A stretch of 62,901 bases of DNA, counting the filler, from Octopus bimaculoides (lineage: Eukaryota): assembly GCF_001194135.2 (NCBI RefSeq). It is 4 parts of 3 records of this genome, joined end to end, with 100 filler letters (N's around TTAATTAATTAA, not from the genome) between each part and the next. Parts side by side here need not be neighbours in the genome. Positions count along the whole stretch, not along the records: positions 1 to 30,019 come from NC_068988.1; 3 more parts are not named here. The stretch is one strand, 5' to 3'. The position numbers and the translations under genes were made by a program. The notes below the pieces were generated by a model that saw only the letters and a list, made by a program, of their open reading frames with translations, ran no database searches and was not told where the DNA came from. Shown in pieces: positions 1 through 13,150 of this stretch. Each line of letters begins with the position of its first letter. The first letter of the stretch is position 1.

Positions 1-52
<52 letters not shown>

Positions 53-909
53 TGCACACACACGTATTGTGTAGTACAAACACACAGAGAATATATATAT
101 ATATATTTAACTCCTTCCAATACCAAACTGGACATGCATTTTAGCCCAGAATATCCTCAATATAATCTCAGCACATTTTTTGTTTGGCTTAAATTAAACT
201 ATACAAATTTCACTTCTCTCTCCTACAGTATCGTTTTTATTTTACTGATTTTTTTGTTTTAGGTGGGGAAGTTGGTGTTATTTTTTTCTTAATCTTCTTT
301 CATCATCATCGTCGTCGTCATTATCCTCCTATCTATTATCAATAAGAGGCATAGCACAGCTGTCAATAACTAAATGGTAGTTGAGGAGATGCTTTTGACA
401 ATGGCATTGTTACTGGCAGTCAATCGAGGACTTTATTTATAGGCTCGATGTCAAATCGGCCCTGATTCAGTAAAGCACCGATCAAAGGCACCTTTTGTAA
501 TCATTTCATTTCTTCGTTTTTTTTTAATCTCTAGTGCAACTTAGATTACATTATTCATTGAGTTTTTCATTCTGATGGTATTAGTAGCAGCAACAGTGTT
601 GGTGCTCATATGTGTCAGCGATATCGGTTTAAATATAATTTAACGTAACTCATTTGGTGAAGGCAATTTGTTCCAACACTTTGATTAGTGTTTGCAATTA
701 TTACTACTATTACTGTTACTGCTACTGCTGCTGCTGCTGCTGCTGCTTTTTCTGTTAAGTTGATTTAAATCTTGCATTTATTTTCAGAGTCTGTTAAGAT
801 GGGATAATTTTGTTTACCTCAAGTGAGAAAAGACTCTATAAAGTAGTAGTAGTAGTTGTAGTATATAATAAATACTAATTGTTATTGTTTTCAATTATTC
901 ATCCATATT

Positions 910-1190
910 GACATTCTGAGTTCAAATTCCAGGGAGGTCAACCTTACCTTTCATCCTTTCGGGGTTGAGAAATACATGGAACAAATAGGGGTTGCAATGA
1001 GGGTGGAGCAGTCGCAGAAAACAGCACTGTTTGTGAGTGCTGGCACCCCGTAAAAGTATCCATACTGGTGCTGTATAAAAGCACCTGTGCCAGTGCCACG
1101 TAAAAGCACCCAGTACATTCTTGGAGTGGTTGGCATTAGGAAGGGCATCCATCTGTAGAAACCATGTTCTCTATGAAGTTCACTTGTCTC
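910..1190 (+). mobile_element. Composite SINE debris: CORE-like SINE fragment (family C) followed by RTE-tail-type repeat
   Basis: gagttcaaattcc..gaggtcaaccttacctttcatcctttcgggg matches the family C copies at 16915 and 50675. ggagtggttggcattaggaagggcatcc matches the minus copy at 19520-19745. Confidence 0.65.
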
Positions 1191-2292
1191 CATACATGGA
1201 ATAAATAAACTCAATGTCTTCAAATGTGCTTCAAAATGGCAGAATTGGAAGTATTGTACATGCAGGATTCAAATCTCATTAGAGTTGGCTTCTATGCTTC
1301 TATCATTAATAAGAATAACTATAAGTAGTGTACTAAAGATTTTAATTTACTGCACCATTTTTCTTAAAATTTGCAGCCTAAATCCAATGCGATAAATCAT
1401 TAATGTGAGAACGGAGGTATTTAATTTGTTGGACAATTTATTGTTTACATTGGTACTGTGCCATTTGTGAATTCCAATCAGGTAAACAATCAAGGATGTT
1501 CTTCATTTCCTTGGAATGCAGAAACAAAACTATACCACCTAGATACTGGAGTTGATTCTTTAAACCACAAGCACACACTTCTGCACAAAACTGGTAATGT
1601 GCCAAGTCATATCATAATCATTATAATTATCATTTTAAAATTTCTCCTTACACCACTCTCCAGCATGACATCTGTTCTCATCCTCCCTTAAGGCATTTGT
1701 AGAAGACTGCCATATGGAAAGTAGCTTCAAATTACTCAATGTAAAGGCTCTTAGTTCTAAATCACTTTAAGCCGATTTGTTTTTGAGTTAAAAATAAATA
1801 AACATATAACGTTAAATAAGTAAATTAAAATAAATTAATGAGCAAGGAAACGATGAAAGCAAATATAATAATTAAAAGAAACTTAAGAAACATAATCAGT
1901 AGCTATTTTGGCAAAGATGGGAAAAGAAAATTGCTAAAAAGAAAGATTAAGGAAAGTTTAAATAAACAAACAACTAAATCACTAATGGTGATGATGACAA
2001 TGATGATAATGATGATGATATTTATTTTTGTAACTTTTCTTATTTATTTATTTTATAACATTTATTTGGTTGGCAGTATTAAAAGTAACTTTTTAGAAAT
2101 ATTTATCTAAATTATTTAGGTATAGAATAGGAGTAAATTACGAGTGCGATGAATTTTCATATTTTCAATTCTTAGACATATTTCACACACATGCACACAT
2201 ATACATGCATACCTGCATATATATACATACATATATATATATATGTATATGTATATATGCAAACACATGCACAAATACATATATCATATATA

Positions 2293-2520
2293 TACTCTTT
2301 TACTCTTTCACTTGTTTCAGCCATTTGACTGCGGCCATGCTGGAGCACTGCCTTTAGTCGAGCAAATCGACCCCCGGACTTATTCTTTGTAAGCCTAGTA
2401 CTGAAGTAACATGAAGCGAAGTGTTTTGCTCAAGAACACAACGCATCACCCACTCCTGGAATTGAAACCACAATCTTATGACCATAAATCCAACACCCTA
2501 ACCACTAAGCCATGCACATC
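2293..2520 (-). mobile_element. 3' tail of SINE family A joined to the tRNA-like head of SINE family B
   Basis: 2293-2402 matches the family A tail (ggccatgctggagcac..gacttattctttgtaagcctagtac). 2410-2520 is a reverse-complement tRNA/CORE head similar to 42410-42520. Confidence 0.75.
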
Positions 2521-2642
2521 CATGCTGATCGCTGGTTAAACCAATATAGCTTAATCCACAGATCAAACTACAACCACTGCTAGGCAAATTCTGCTCAGAG
2601 TCTGGTACTTCTGTGCCTCAGTTTTAGCCTAGTCTGCTTTAC

Positions 2643-2738
2643 TCTTCAAGACATGTTCTCTGTACATTGGCTTTGTAATGGTATGAGCAATACAAACAAG
2701 TATTGCTTCTTCAATAAATGATGTTTGTGTTATTCTCA
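2643..2738 (-). CDS. Candidate internal exon of an unidentified gene (RITQTSFIEEAILVCIAHTITKPMYREHVLK)
   Basis: Pyrimidine-rich acceptor cttgttgccttctcatag, donor gtaaag, and a 96-nt stop-free phase-1/phase-1 frame. No homology recognised. Confidence 0.25.
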
Positions 2739-3141
2739 CTATGAGAAGGCAACAAGATGTCATTCCAACATATATATTTTGTCACATATCATAATACAGA
2801 TACACTACTGATAGTATTGCTAAGGTAATATACAAAACAGTCGGTGGTTGAGAAAATATTATGTAGCAAAATTCTGCAAAATGTTGGGGTTGAATTGGAA
2901 ATATATCATTGAAGTTTCTGAAATTTAGAGTTTCTTGATTTATTTTCTTGAAGGTAAATTAAAAAGTGAAATGATTTTCTTCCCTAAAGTTTAGCTGATG
3001 AATTGAATTTTTCTAGAATTTTCCATTTTTACATGAACATCATTCAAAAAGTTGACTTGGAAATGAAAGTAAAGTTTGTCTTCTCATTAACTCCACCACC
3101 TTCTTTTCAGAAGAAAAATAATTTGATTGTGTGTGTGTGTG

Positions 3142-3179
<38 letters not shown>

Positions 3180-3404
3180 ATGTTTGAGTGTATGCCTGTG
3201 TGTGTAAGTTTAGGTCGGTCTGTTGAAATATAATTAACTCTGAATGATGAGGAGTGAATTTTACTTCACAAGATACATCGGTTAAATTAAAAAAGACTTC
3301 TTCATGAAATTAAATTTGGCTTTGAATATATATTTATGTACATATACAAACACACACATATATGCATACACACATATATACATACACGCATATATATGCG
3401 TGTC

Positions 3405-3445
<41 letters not shown>

Positions 3446-3953
3446 GTATATATAGATATATATGTGTGTGTGTATTCTTTTTTTATTAACAATAAACAGA
3501 TGATAGACAATATTATTTTGAAATTTGAAATTATTCAAATATTCCTCAAGAGATTACAAAAAATTTCTTTGTATAGTTTCATTTATTATTTTTTTTTTTT
3601 CATTTTACTTCACAAATAAATCTTCTAAATATTTGATGACAAGCCAATCACTGCTTTAACTAGTCCTTTGATAGTTCAAATTAGATCAGTAAAAAATATA
3701 TGGTGCTTATATTTCTTTTCTTCACTTTCATTCAATTTTTTTTTTAATTATTAATATTTTTTTTTTTAATGATATATATATTCTTACTTGGTCAAAATAA
3801 TTTTCTTCAAAACTTGCAAGAAGCTAAAATCAAACTTGCCTGTTGGACTTGAAGTGGCAGTAAGTGCAGAGAGATTTTTCTGATTCTCAATTCTTTTGGT
3901 AACTCCCCCTCTGAAAATAAATAATGTTTAACATTCTTGTACTTAACAGTTTT

Positions 3954-4237
3954 AGAATATTTGTTCCCTCACAGACTTGTATTTCTTCTTATATTTATTC
4001 CCTTACAGACTTGTATTTCTTCTTATGTGTCAAATTATATAAATGAGGATCGACTTATAATAAATCATTTCAACATATTTTGAGGAACATTTAAAATTTA
4101 TCATTCCAGTATTTATCGGATCTATTTTAAGGTTGACTCATTGTCTTTGACTTGACAATCTCCTTTGGTAATTGATTTCGATTTGAATGAATCTTCTTTT
4201 AGAATATTTGTTCCCTTAAAGACTTGTATTTCTTCTT
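3954..4237 (+). repeat. Three copies of a ~35-bp unit (agaatatttgttccctyacagacttgtatttcttctt)
   Basis: Tandem copies at 3954-3990 and 3991-4024; a third copy at 4201-4237. Confidence 0.8.
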
Positions 4238-4854
4238 AACTTATGTGAGATGAATATTTTGTAATGATTGATGGAAATCTAAGACTTCATTAATCTAAAG
4301 TTGGCTTCCCTTTTATTATCGTATATATGCATCTCTTTGTCATCACCATTGTCATGATCATTGTCATCATCGTCATCATCATCACCGTTTAATGCCCATT
4401 TTCCAGGCTAGGCGTGGCTTATATATCTATTTATATAAGAGATTATATAACTAACAAGGGAAAAAGAAATTATGTAATGAAATTCATTAGCTTATTGCTA
4501 CTACTGCTATAAGATGCAATGTACACATTGTTGTGTGCTTGCACATCACCTTCAATTTTGAAACTCCGACAAAGCTATAAGGTGATACAGAAGTGATCAA
4601 ATGTGCCTGCATTGCATTTTGCAACAGAAATAGCCTATATGTTAATGACATTCATTACATAATTTCTTGTTCCATCGTCATTTATTTAATCTCTAACTCT
4701 GCTTTTTACATGACTAATATTCTTTTCTGAAGCAAATGTATACTGAATTCTAACACCAGGTCATCAGTATTGCTATGCTTAAGCAAAATATTAATGCACA
4801 TATTCCCAAGCGTATGGTTCTGGGTTCAGTCCCACTGCATGCCACCTTATATGT

Positions 4855-5164
4855 AGCCGATTGAATACCTATGGTGAACTCTTGGTGAAGCTATCAGGAA
4901 CACAACAATTAAAAATAAAGAGCGTTTGTATCAAAAGTTGAGAGAAGAATGGAGTAAAATTGTGACTAGCACCTGCAGGAAACTAGTTGATTCAATGCCT
5001 AACCGTATACAAGTGGTAACTGATGCTAAAGGAGGGCCAACCAGATATTAAAACTAATGTATATTGTGAAATCTACCATAATCTACCATGTGTATGAGTT
5101 TCATTAATATTGAGACAGCAGAATCTCAAAATACTGGGTGGCCTAATACTTTTGGCCAAGGCTG
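4855..5164 (+). mobile_element. Tc1-family DNA transposon 3' end (transposase C-terminus plus TIR)
   Basis: Translates PIEYLW*TLGEAIRNTTIKNKERLYQKLREEWSKIVTSTCRKLVDSMPNRIQVVTDAKGGPTRY*, the typical Tc1 C-terminus. Ends ggtggcctaatacttttggccaaggctg followed by TA. Confidence 0.85.
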
Positions 5165-5211
5165 TACATGTATGTGTGTGTATCTATATGTACATATATG
5201 TATGTATATGT

Positions 5212-5283
<72 letters not shown>

Positions 5284-5476
5284 NNNNNNNNNNNNNNNNN
5301 NNNNNNNNNNNNNNNNNNNNNNNNNNNNNNNNNNNNNNNNNNNNNNNNNNNNNNNNNNNNNNNNNNNNNNNNNNNACATGCATACAAACACAAGCACATA
5401 TTTATATATACACAAATGTATATATATATATAAATAGGAATGTATTTACATGTACACACAGACACAGACACAGACA

Positions 5477-5526
<50 letters not shown>

Positions 5527-5930
5527 CTGAAGACAAATCATTTAGCTTATTTGACATCATATGGCAGGTACTGAGTTGCACTTAAATTTGTGTGTTTTCC
5601 TTTGTACATCATAACAAAGATGTTGAAATTGTGTACTATTGATTAGATATAAAACCAATAGAAACAGAACAAAACGAATCAATGTTTTCTTTTGTTTGGT
5701 AGAAGTAGAGTCAAATGGCAAATAGTAAATGTAAGCTGTTTCTTCCTATTTGAAAACTGCAAACTGAAGATATTTTATGCTACCAACAAAATGAAAATAG
5801 TTTGGTAATCGTGAAGTGAAAACAATTTGTTTTGGGAACAGCTGATCAAGAGAGAATATGAGGGAACTATTTACAAAACTGAATTGATATATGAAGCTGG
5901 CAAAATATGTCGTTTGGTACATGTACACTC

Positions 5931-6150
5931 TTAAATGTTGCAGTCATTTTTCACAAGTTTAGCTTCATGGCTGTCCTTATCCTGTGCATCAATGGTCACA
6001 GATGTTCTAGGTATGACCACCACAACTTCATTTTCAAATACTATATTTCTAGGACTACACATTCTCGTCAGGTAAAGAAATATATCAAAGCAGATAAGAT
6101 TATCCCTCAGTGTGGTAGATCTTGAGAATGTATTAAAGTAATGGACAAAT
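5931..6150 (-). CDS. Candidate terminal exon of an unidentified gene (FVHYFNTFSRSTTLRDNLICFDIFLYLTRMCSPRNIVFENEVVVVIPRTSVTIDAQDKDSHEAKLVKNDCNI*)
   Basis: Acceptor aaacctgcag, 72 stop-free codons in non-repetitive DNA, TAA at 5933-5931. Its phase does not join directly to the 9035 exon. Confidence 0.33.
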
Positions 6151-6347
6151 CTGCAGGTTTTAATGAGTTATCGCATAGAAATACTGTATATCAGATAATA
6201 GTTCTTAATGCCTAGTGTAAGCAATATGCAGTGCACACTATATGTAAATATTTGGGGTAGTTACTTGAATGCAGCTTATACTACATACTACAGAGTAAAC
6301 CTTTGCATAACAATGTGTGTACTGCAGGATAAAAAAAAAACAGGGTA

Positions 6348-6553
6348 ATACTCTTTACTCTTACTCTTTTACTAGTTTCAGTCACTTGACTGGGGCCATG
6401 CTGGAGCACCACCTTTTAGTCGAAGAAATTGACTCCAGTACTTATTCTTTGTAAGCCTAGTACTTATTCTATCAGTCTTCTTTGCCGAACAGCTATGTTA
6501 CGGGGACATAAACACACTAGCATTGGTTGTCAAGTGATGTGGGGGAACAAACA

Positions 6554-6599
<46 letters not shown>

Positions 6600-6770
6600 C
6601 ATATATACGACAAACTTCTTTCAGTTTCTGTCTACCAAATCCACTCATAAGGCTTTGGTCAGCCCAATGCTATAGTAGAAGACACTTGTCCAAGGTGCCA
6701 CACAGTGGGATTGAACCCGGAACCATGTGGTTGGTGAGCAAGCTACTTACCACACAGCCACTCCTGTGCC
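6348..6770 (-). mobile_element. Full-length tRNA-derived SINE, family A, with internal CA/TA microsatellite
   Basis: Reverse complement begins ggcacaggagtggctgtgtggtaagtagcttgc..gggttcaatccc (A/B-box-like) and ends in the gagtaaaa repeat tail. Many similar copies in the window. Confidence 0.9.
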
Positions 6771-7472
6771 TAATGTGTTAGTATTATGTTTTTTATCTTC
6801 TAGACAGGAGGAAACGTAATGTCCATGACACTTTACAAGGACCTTGAGGGTGGTGGGTTAGAGAAAAGAAGGTAACCTCAAATCTGAGATATGGTTTGAA
6901 AGTTCAAAGCAGATGGGACTTTATTAAAAGCACTGAGAGTGCAAGGTGGTAGTATTAAGCTGCGCAATGGATCAAGTTTACCACCCAAACAGACCATGGT
7001 AAGATTTGCATTCAAAACTTGAACAATCAGAACAAGATGCTATAAACCTGAGACACTTAGAGATTTGCTTGTCTACCAGTCTGCATTGGTACTATCTTAT
7101 TTAACCTGAAGTGCTGAAAGGCAATATTGGTCATGGTGTGATTTGAACCCAGGGAACAGAGAATTGGTAGAAACACTGTAAGACATTCTATCTAAAGCCA
7201 CTTTGCAACACCTATCCAAAACACTGGAAAGTATGTATTCTTCAGTTGACTATTTCTTTATCTTAAATCTGTTCAAGCAGAGATGTTTGAGGCTACTCAG
7301 CAATTAGAGGATTGGCATAGGAAATGGATATTAAGAATTAGAATATAAATAACTGTCATCAACATTATACAAATACCAAACTCTCTCTCCTAAATCTCCT
7401 TCTCCATTCTCTGAGATGGAGACCAAAAAGTTGGTGTACTTTCAGGAACACAGGCCAAGAAAATATTCACCA

Positions 7473-7551
7473 TCAGTGCAAATTCTTATTCAATAGCTCA
7501 TAGACAGAATCAATACACATGTCAAAATAACTGTCTTGTACAACATCCTCT
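7473..7551 (-). CDS. Weak candidate exon (EDVVQDSYFDMCIDSVYELLNKNLH*)
   Basis: Acceptor ttttattcctatgttgtag and a protein-like frame, but it ends in TGA and no donor is clear. Confidence 0.2.
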
Positions 7552-7724
7552 CTACAACATAGGAATAAAACCTGCCAGAGCCACTATCTATGCTACAGAC
7601 CTTACAAACTTCTATATCTGATGCTAAACTTTCTCTCCCTCTCTCTCTCTCACTCACATACACACACGTATTATATATATACATATAGACAAACACACAC
7701 ACACACATGAGTATATATGTGAAG

Positions 7725-7975
7725 ATATGTGACCTAACGGTTAGTCTAGTCTGTTGCACTTACAATCACTAGATCATGCATTCAATTCCTTGACTGTGTA
7801 GCGTATTGTGTTCTTGAGCAAAACACTTCATTTCACGTTGCTCCAGTCTCCCTTTTGATCAGAGGGCAGAGTTGGCCTGCTCTCCTTCCCAGCAGGATGG
7901 TGTCATTTGAAGGTTAAAACAATGCAAAGGCACATTCTAACCAGCAATGTGTAGCAACAACTGATAGCCTGGTCA
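7725..7975 (+). mobile_element. Degenerate SINE, family B variant (CORE-like)
   Basis: ggttagt..cattcaattcc head then tgtgttcttgagcaaaacacttcatttcacgttgctccagtc, similar to 40818 and 42198. Confidence 0.6.
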
Positions 7976-7984
7976 CTCATGTGA

Positions 7985-8331
7985 TCGGAGTGGCTGTGTG
8001 GTAAGTAGCTTGCTTACCAACCACATGGTTCCGGGTTCAGTCCCAATGCATGTCACCTTGGGCAAGTGTCTTCTACTATAGCCGCGGGCCGACCAAAGCC
8101 TTGTGAGTGGATTTTGTAGAAGAAAACTGAAAGAAGCCCGTCGTATATATGTATATATATGTATATATGTATGTGTGTGTATATGTTGTGTATCTGTGTT
8201 TGTCCCCCCAACATCGCTTGACAACCGATGCTGGTGTGTTTCGGTCCCCCGTAACTTAGTGGTTCAGCAAAAGAAACTGATAGAATAAGTACTAGGCTTA
8301 CAAAGAATAAGTCCTGGGGTCAATTTGATTC
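7985..8331 (+). mobile_element. SINE family A, near full length
   Basis: ggagtggctgtgtggtaagtagcttgcttaccaaccacatggttccgggttcagtccc through aagaataagtcctggggtcaatttg. Confidence 0.9.
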
Positions 8332-8442
8332 GAATATATATATACACACACACACACACATATATGCATATATATATGTATACATATGTATGTACATATA
8401 AACTTCCTCTCTCTCACATATACACAATCATATATATATATA

Positions 8443-8484
<42 letters not shown>

Positions 8485-9034
8485 CATACATGCACATATA
8501 TACATATATATGTATACATATACATACATATATATACATATAAATATACATATTTATATATATATGTGTGTATATAGATGTATAAGTTTTTGTACATATA
8601 TATATATATATATATATATTTAACAGGAAGGACAACAAAAGAAAGAAAGAGACCTCAATATTATGTAAATAGAGGAATTTATCTGTAAAAATATGTGACA
8701 CTGATTCAGTAGCCATGATAAAACTCCGAGTTTTGGATGCCAGGGTTATCCGGCCAATTGAAAATTCCTGTGAAAAATGACCCTTAAAAACAAAGAGAAA
8801 ATACTGTGTAGTGACAATACGCATGGAAAATGTACATAATATAACAACAACAACAATGATGATGACGAAGGCAATGAGATGATGATGATGATGACAATAA
8901 TGAGATGATGACTATGACAAGGAAGATGAGGATGTCGAAGATTATAAAAGCGACTATGATGATGATGATGTACACACGTGTGTAACTGCTGAAATCCTTA
9001 CTAATTACTCTTTATAGCTAGAAAATGCTGTTAC

Positions 9035-9121
9035 CTTGATCATTTGTTGATCCTCTGTAAGTTCAATTGAATACTCTCTCGTATTGCAGCACTGCTCACA
9101 CATCCGAAAGAGTGCTACTAT
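9035..9121 (-). CDS. Candidate internal exon of an unidentified gene (IVALFRMCEQCCNTREYSIELTEDQQMIK)
   Basis: Acceptor tttgtatgtag, donor AAG|gtaaca, 87 nt = 29 codons, phase 0/0. Joins in frame to the 9602-9693 exon. Confidence 0.45.
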
Positions 9122-9259
9122 CTACATACAAACATTCTGTACTGCATGAAATAAAGAGTAAAAAAACTATCATCCACATTTTCCAATGAACAACATATTT
9201 AGCTATTGGGTTTAAGAGCTTCAACAAAGTTCTTAGTACTACCCACCCTAAAGAACAAG

Positions 9260-9306
<47 letters not shown>

Positions 9307-9601
9307 AACAAAAATTATGAAATAGGTTCTGTTTATCTATTTCATATTTTCTTCACTATTTACAAACAAAGCATATTATATTGTCATTTGTTTCACTTTA
9401 TAAAACAATTTTCCCATTTATCTTAATCCAGCATTTATATAAGCATATTTTCTCAGCAGCTCTAGTATTATATAATACATGTATATAATCAGTATCTTAC
9501 GTAAACACATGTCAACTCATGTAAACACTCACTCCCATTTACCATATTACAATGGTCAAGCCAAAAGAAAAAAAGAAAAAAAATCCTATTACAGTACTTA
9601 C

Positions 9602-9693
9602 AGTCCACCCATTGGGTACAGAAGTTACTTTGGATACAAACTTTGAAGATTTAGCAGGAAACAGTTTGACATTATACAATCTATACAGTTTTT
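9602..9693 (-). CDS. Candidate internal exon of an unidentified gene (KLYRLYNVKLFPAKSSKFVSKVTSVPNGWT)
   Basis: Acceptor ttagttgtcag, donor ACT|gtaagt, stop-free, ends in phase 0. Confidence 0.45.
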
Positions 9694-9792
9694 CTGACAA
9701 CTAATATAATATAGATGTATTGCCGGAGGGCTGATAAATACAGCCTCTCATGTTCACGAACACTGTCATATATACAGATAACAGATCTGTAT

Positions 9793-9841
<49 letters not shown>

Positions 9842-10054
9842 NNNNNNNNNNNNNNNNNNNNNNNNNNNNNNNNNNNNNNNNNNNNNNNNNNNNNNNNNNN
9901 NNNNNNNNNNNNNNNNNNNNNNNNNNNNNNNNNNNNNNNNNNNNNNNNNNNNNNNNNNNNNNNNNNNNNNNNNNNNNNNNNNNNNNNNNNNNNNNNNNNN
10001 NNNNNNNNNNNNNNNNNNNNNNNNNNNNNNNNNNNNNNNNNNNNNNNNNNNNNN

Positions 10055-10098
<44 letters not shown>

Positions 10099-10576
10099 TC
10101 ACATACACAGCACACACAATCACACATATACAAGGATATCTTGCCTGCAGTATTTTTGAAGCAGTCACCTGGAAGGATTTAATAATTTGAACCCCAGAAT
10201 CTGTTACAATTTGTTTCTTTTGCTGGTTTCATTTTTCTTGTTGTTTTGTAACTTTGGTTTTATTATGTTTCTTTTCCTATTAATTCAATAATTTATCCCT
10301 GTTTTCTCTCACCATTCTCTTCAGAAATCTGTCTTTTTTTTTAAAACAAATAATGCATAACAAAGATAAACAAACTTAAGAAGAACCAATTCCATCATAT
10401 AGCTTCAGGCAATTTTCCTTTCTCTTGAAATGATTCTTTGACACTAATATGTATGCAAATTTGTACACATACATACATATATATGTGTGTACACAGAAAG
10501 AGACAGACAGATATAGATATAATGTACAAATGTGTGTGTGTGTATATATATATATGTATATATATGCATGTATGTA

Positions 10577-10618
<42 letters not shown>

Positions 10619-10965
10619 TTACATCTTCGCTTATGCACATTATTATGATTCATACTGCTATGTAAACAATAAAATGACAACATTTTTGAAAGCAAAAAAA
10701 AAAAAATCAAACAAGCAATACAAGTGAACAAAATTCATAAAAAAGAACAAAAAAAAAACAAAAAGACAAAAAGAAAACAACAGAAACATTTCAGTGTTGT
10801 TGAAGCAAGTATGATAAGCATTAAATTTGTTGACACCCTACAGTGTCCACTCTCTGACTCAAGCGTAGCATATTGGAATATTGTTTCCATTAGTAAATTT
10901 CAGTCCTGATGTTTCAGTCATTCATAATTTACTCAGTATATCAACCAATAAATGCTACTACATAC

Positions 10966-11004
10966 CAGATGCTGCTCATTTTTACTTTTGACTTGCTGTT
11001 CTTC
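10966..11004 (-). CDS. Candidate 39-nt micro-exon (EEQQVKSKNEQHL, or alternative frame KNSKSKVKMSSI)
   Basis: Acceptor ccattttag and donor CTG|gtatgt. Short enough to arise by chance. Confidence 0.18.
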
Positions 11005-12484
11005 CTAAAATGGATTCTTTTTAGTTACATGTAGTTTATACATAAAACTTCGGTTAGCACCATTTCTTTTTTTATTGTTATCTAATTTATATTTCCTGAG
11101 GTGTGTTCCAATCAGTATAATAGATAAATATGAGATATCCCTATCGTTACTCATTTTTCTGTCACAGAGAGGATAGTGTCTTAAAGCTATTTATATTATT
11201 TGCATATTCAGGCAGAATTGGAGGTGCTCTAATTTGCATAATATTGCAAGAATTGACTATGTGAATAATTAATTAATAGAAGTACTTCATGCCATGAGGC
11301 TAATTACACACACATATACATACATATATTTTATCCATACATGCATACATACATGCATACATACATGCATACATACATACATACATACATACATACATAC
11401 CAAGCAGGTGGCTAGACAAAATTAAGCAGAGAAAGAGAAGAACATATATATCATCGTCATCGTCATTGTTGTCATCATCATCACCATCAGCATCGTCATC
11501 ATTGTTGTTGTCGTCATCATCATCATCGTCATATCATAGTCTTAATGTATACATGTATATTTTTCTATGCTTGCATGGTGGCGATGTAGATTCTTGAAAC
11601 AGATTCAAGCAACATAATATATTTCCATACTCAGACAGGTTTTCACAGAATATTGGAAAGGAATGCTATTCATCTACATCAAACAATCATGTGATGTCAA
11701 GACAAAGAAACACAAACATACATATACTTGCACCTATATACATATACACTCACAAATGTTCAATATGAATATACATAAATGACAGGCTTATTTCATTTTC
11801 TATGAACCAGTCCTATTCACAGGCTTTGGTCATCCCAGGCAATTGTAGAGGACACTTACCCAAAGGGTTACAGTGGGACAGAACCTGAAATCATTTACAT
11901 AGAAATCAAACTTAAACAAATAGCTACTCCTGCACCTTATATATGATATATATCAGTTGAATAAAGTTAAAAGATGGTCTGGTTTTCACGTTTAATTTTA
12001 TTAATGTATTTTAAAAAATTGTTGTTTTTTACAATGTTGAAGTGTGTTAAACAATAAAAAAAAATATTTGTAATGTTCATAAAGTTCGATTTGTGTTTTC
12101 ATATGTTTGTGGGAATTATCAGATTTCAAAATGTATTTTGACTGACAGTTGAGTTCTTGACAACTGTAGTAAAATGACTGATTTCTTCCTTTTTATACCT
12201 TTTAGAAGGCCCCAAGAAGCTGAATTTTTGGAATGCGATTTTGATCAATCCACATGCAGCCTAAACGTCACAGTTTGTTGGGTGTTTTAATATTGCTGAC
12301 ATAGATTCCCACCTTTATTTTAGCCACTTAGCTTGTGGATTACATGTAATGGTTTTATGAGGGAGCAAACTGAATTAGTTTCGATTGTTTTGATTTCAGT
12401 TGGAAGGAGTTTTCTGTAATTTGTTAATATTCATATGTTAAAGATATTTTTTAATCCACATCATTAACTGGTTGTTATATTATT

Positions 12485-12800
12485 GTTGTTGTTTCCGTTC
12501 AGAACAGATTTGAACATTTTAATAAAACATTTTGCTTTTATCTTTGTTCCATTCTCACTTATGTCATGTAGTTTGTGAAATGGAAAAATTAGAAACATTT
12601 TCTGACCACACGTTTCTATATGTTCGCTCAGTGGAATTTGGTGAACATTAGTGTTCCAGATTTGTTGTCTGTGGACTTGTGAGCATTTTGATGATGCATT
12701 CTCTTTCTTGGCAATATATAGTTCCTCACAATTAGGGCATTTGATGCAGTAGATCAAATTTCTGCTTTAGCAGTTCATAACTGCATTTGTCAAAATCTAT
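12485..12800 (-). mobile_element. Penelope-like element remnant, GIY-YIG endonuclease domain
   Basis: Translates NAVMNC*SRNLIYCIKCPNCEELYIAKKENA..HRQQI..PLSEHIETC..FHKLH..KIKAKCFIKMFKSVLN, matching the PLE pattern NLIYxIxCxxCxxxYIG..H..H..PxLN. Confidence 0.8.
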
Positions 12801-12854
12801 TTTTTTGTTCTAATCGATCTACCAGTATGTTATCATTACACTGTTCTGTGACCA

Positions 12855-13150
12855 CATTATCCCTAAGATCTGGCCACCTCACTCCCCAGACTGCAACTCC
12901 CAAGAGAACAACAAAGCTCCTTGTAACACCAAAGATGATCTGAAGGCAAGGATTATGGCAGCATTCACCAGCTTAAACATGGAGACCATCTAGAAGAGTT
13001 GCAGGAGATCCCGAAGTCATCTGGAGGCTGTGGTTGAAGCCAATTGCGATTTTATTGAATTAATTTACTCTTTAGTATTTCAAGATATTTTTATGTAATT
13101 TTGGTAAATATATCTGTTAAAATGAGATGTCAGTGTTATTTCCATTTTTG
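12855..13150 (+). mobile_element. Tc1/mariner superfamily (maT/DD37D-like) transposase C-terminal remnant
   Basis: IPKIWPPHSPDCN..NTKDDLKARIMAAFTSLNMETI*KSCRRSRSHLEAVVEANCDFIE* contains the WPPxSPDxN motif and a maT-like C-terminus. Confidence 0.7.

Noticed and set aside
5944-6071. Plus-strand exon SFFTSLASWLSLSCASMVTDVLG..
   Set aside because: Probably the antisense shadow of the longer minus-strand open frame at 5931-6150.
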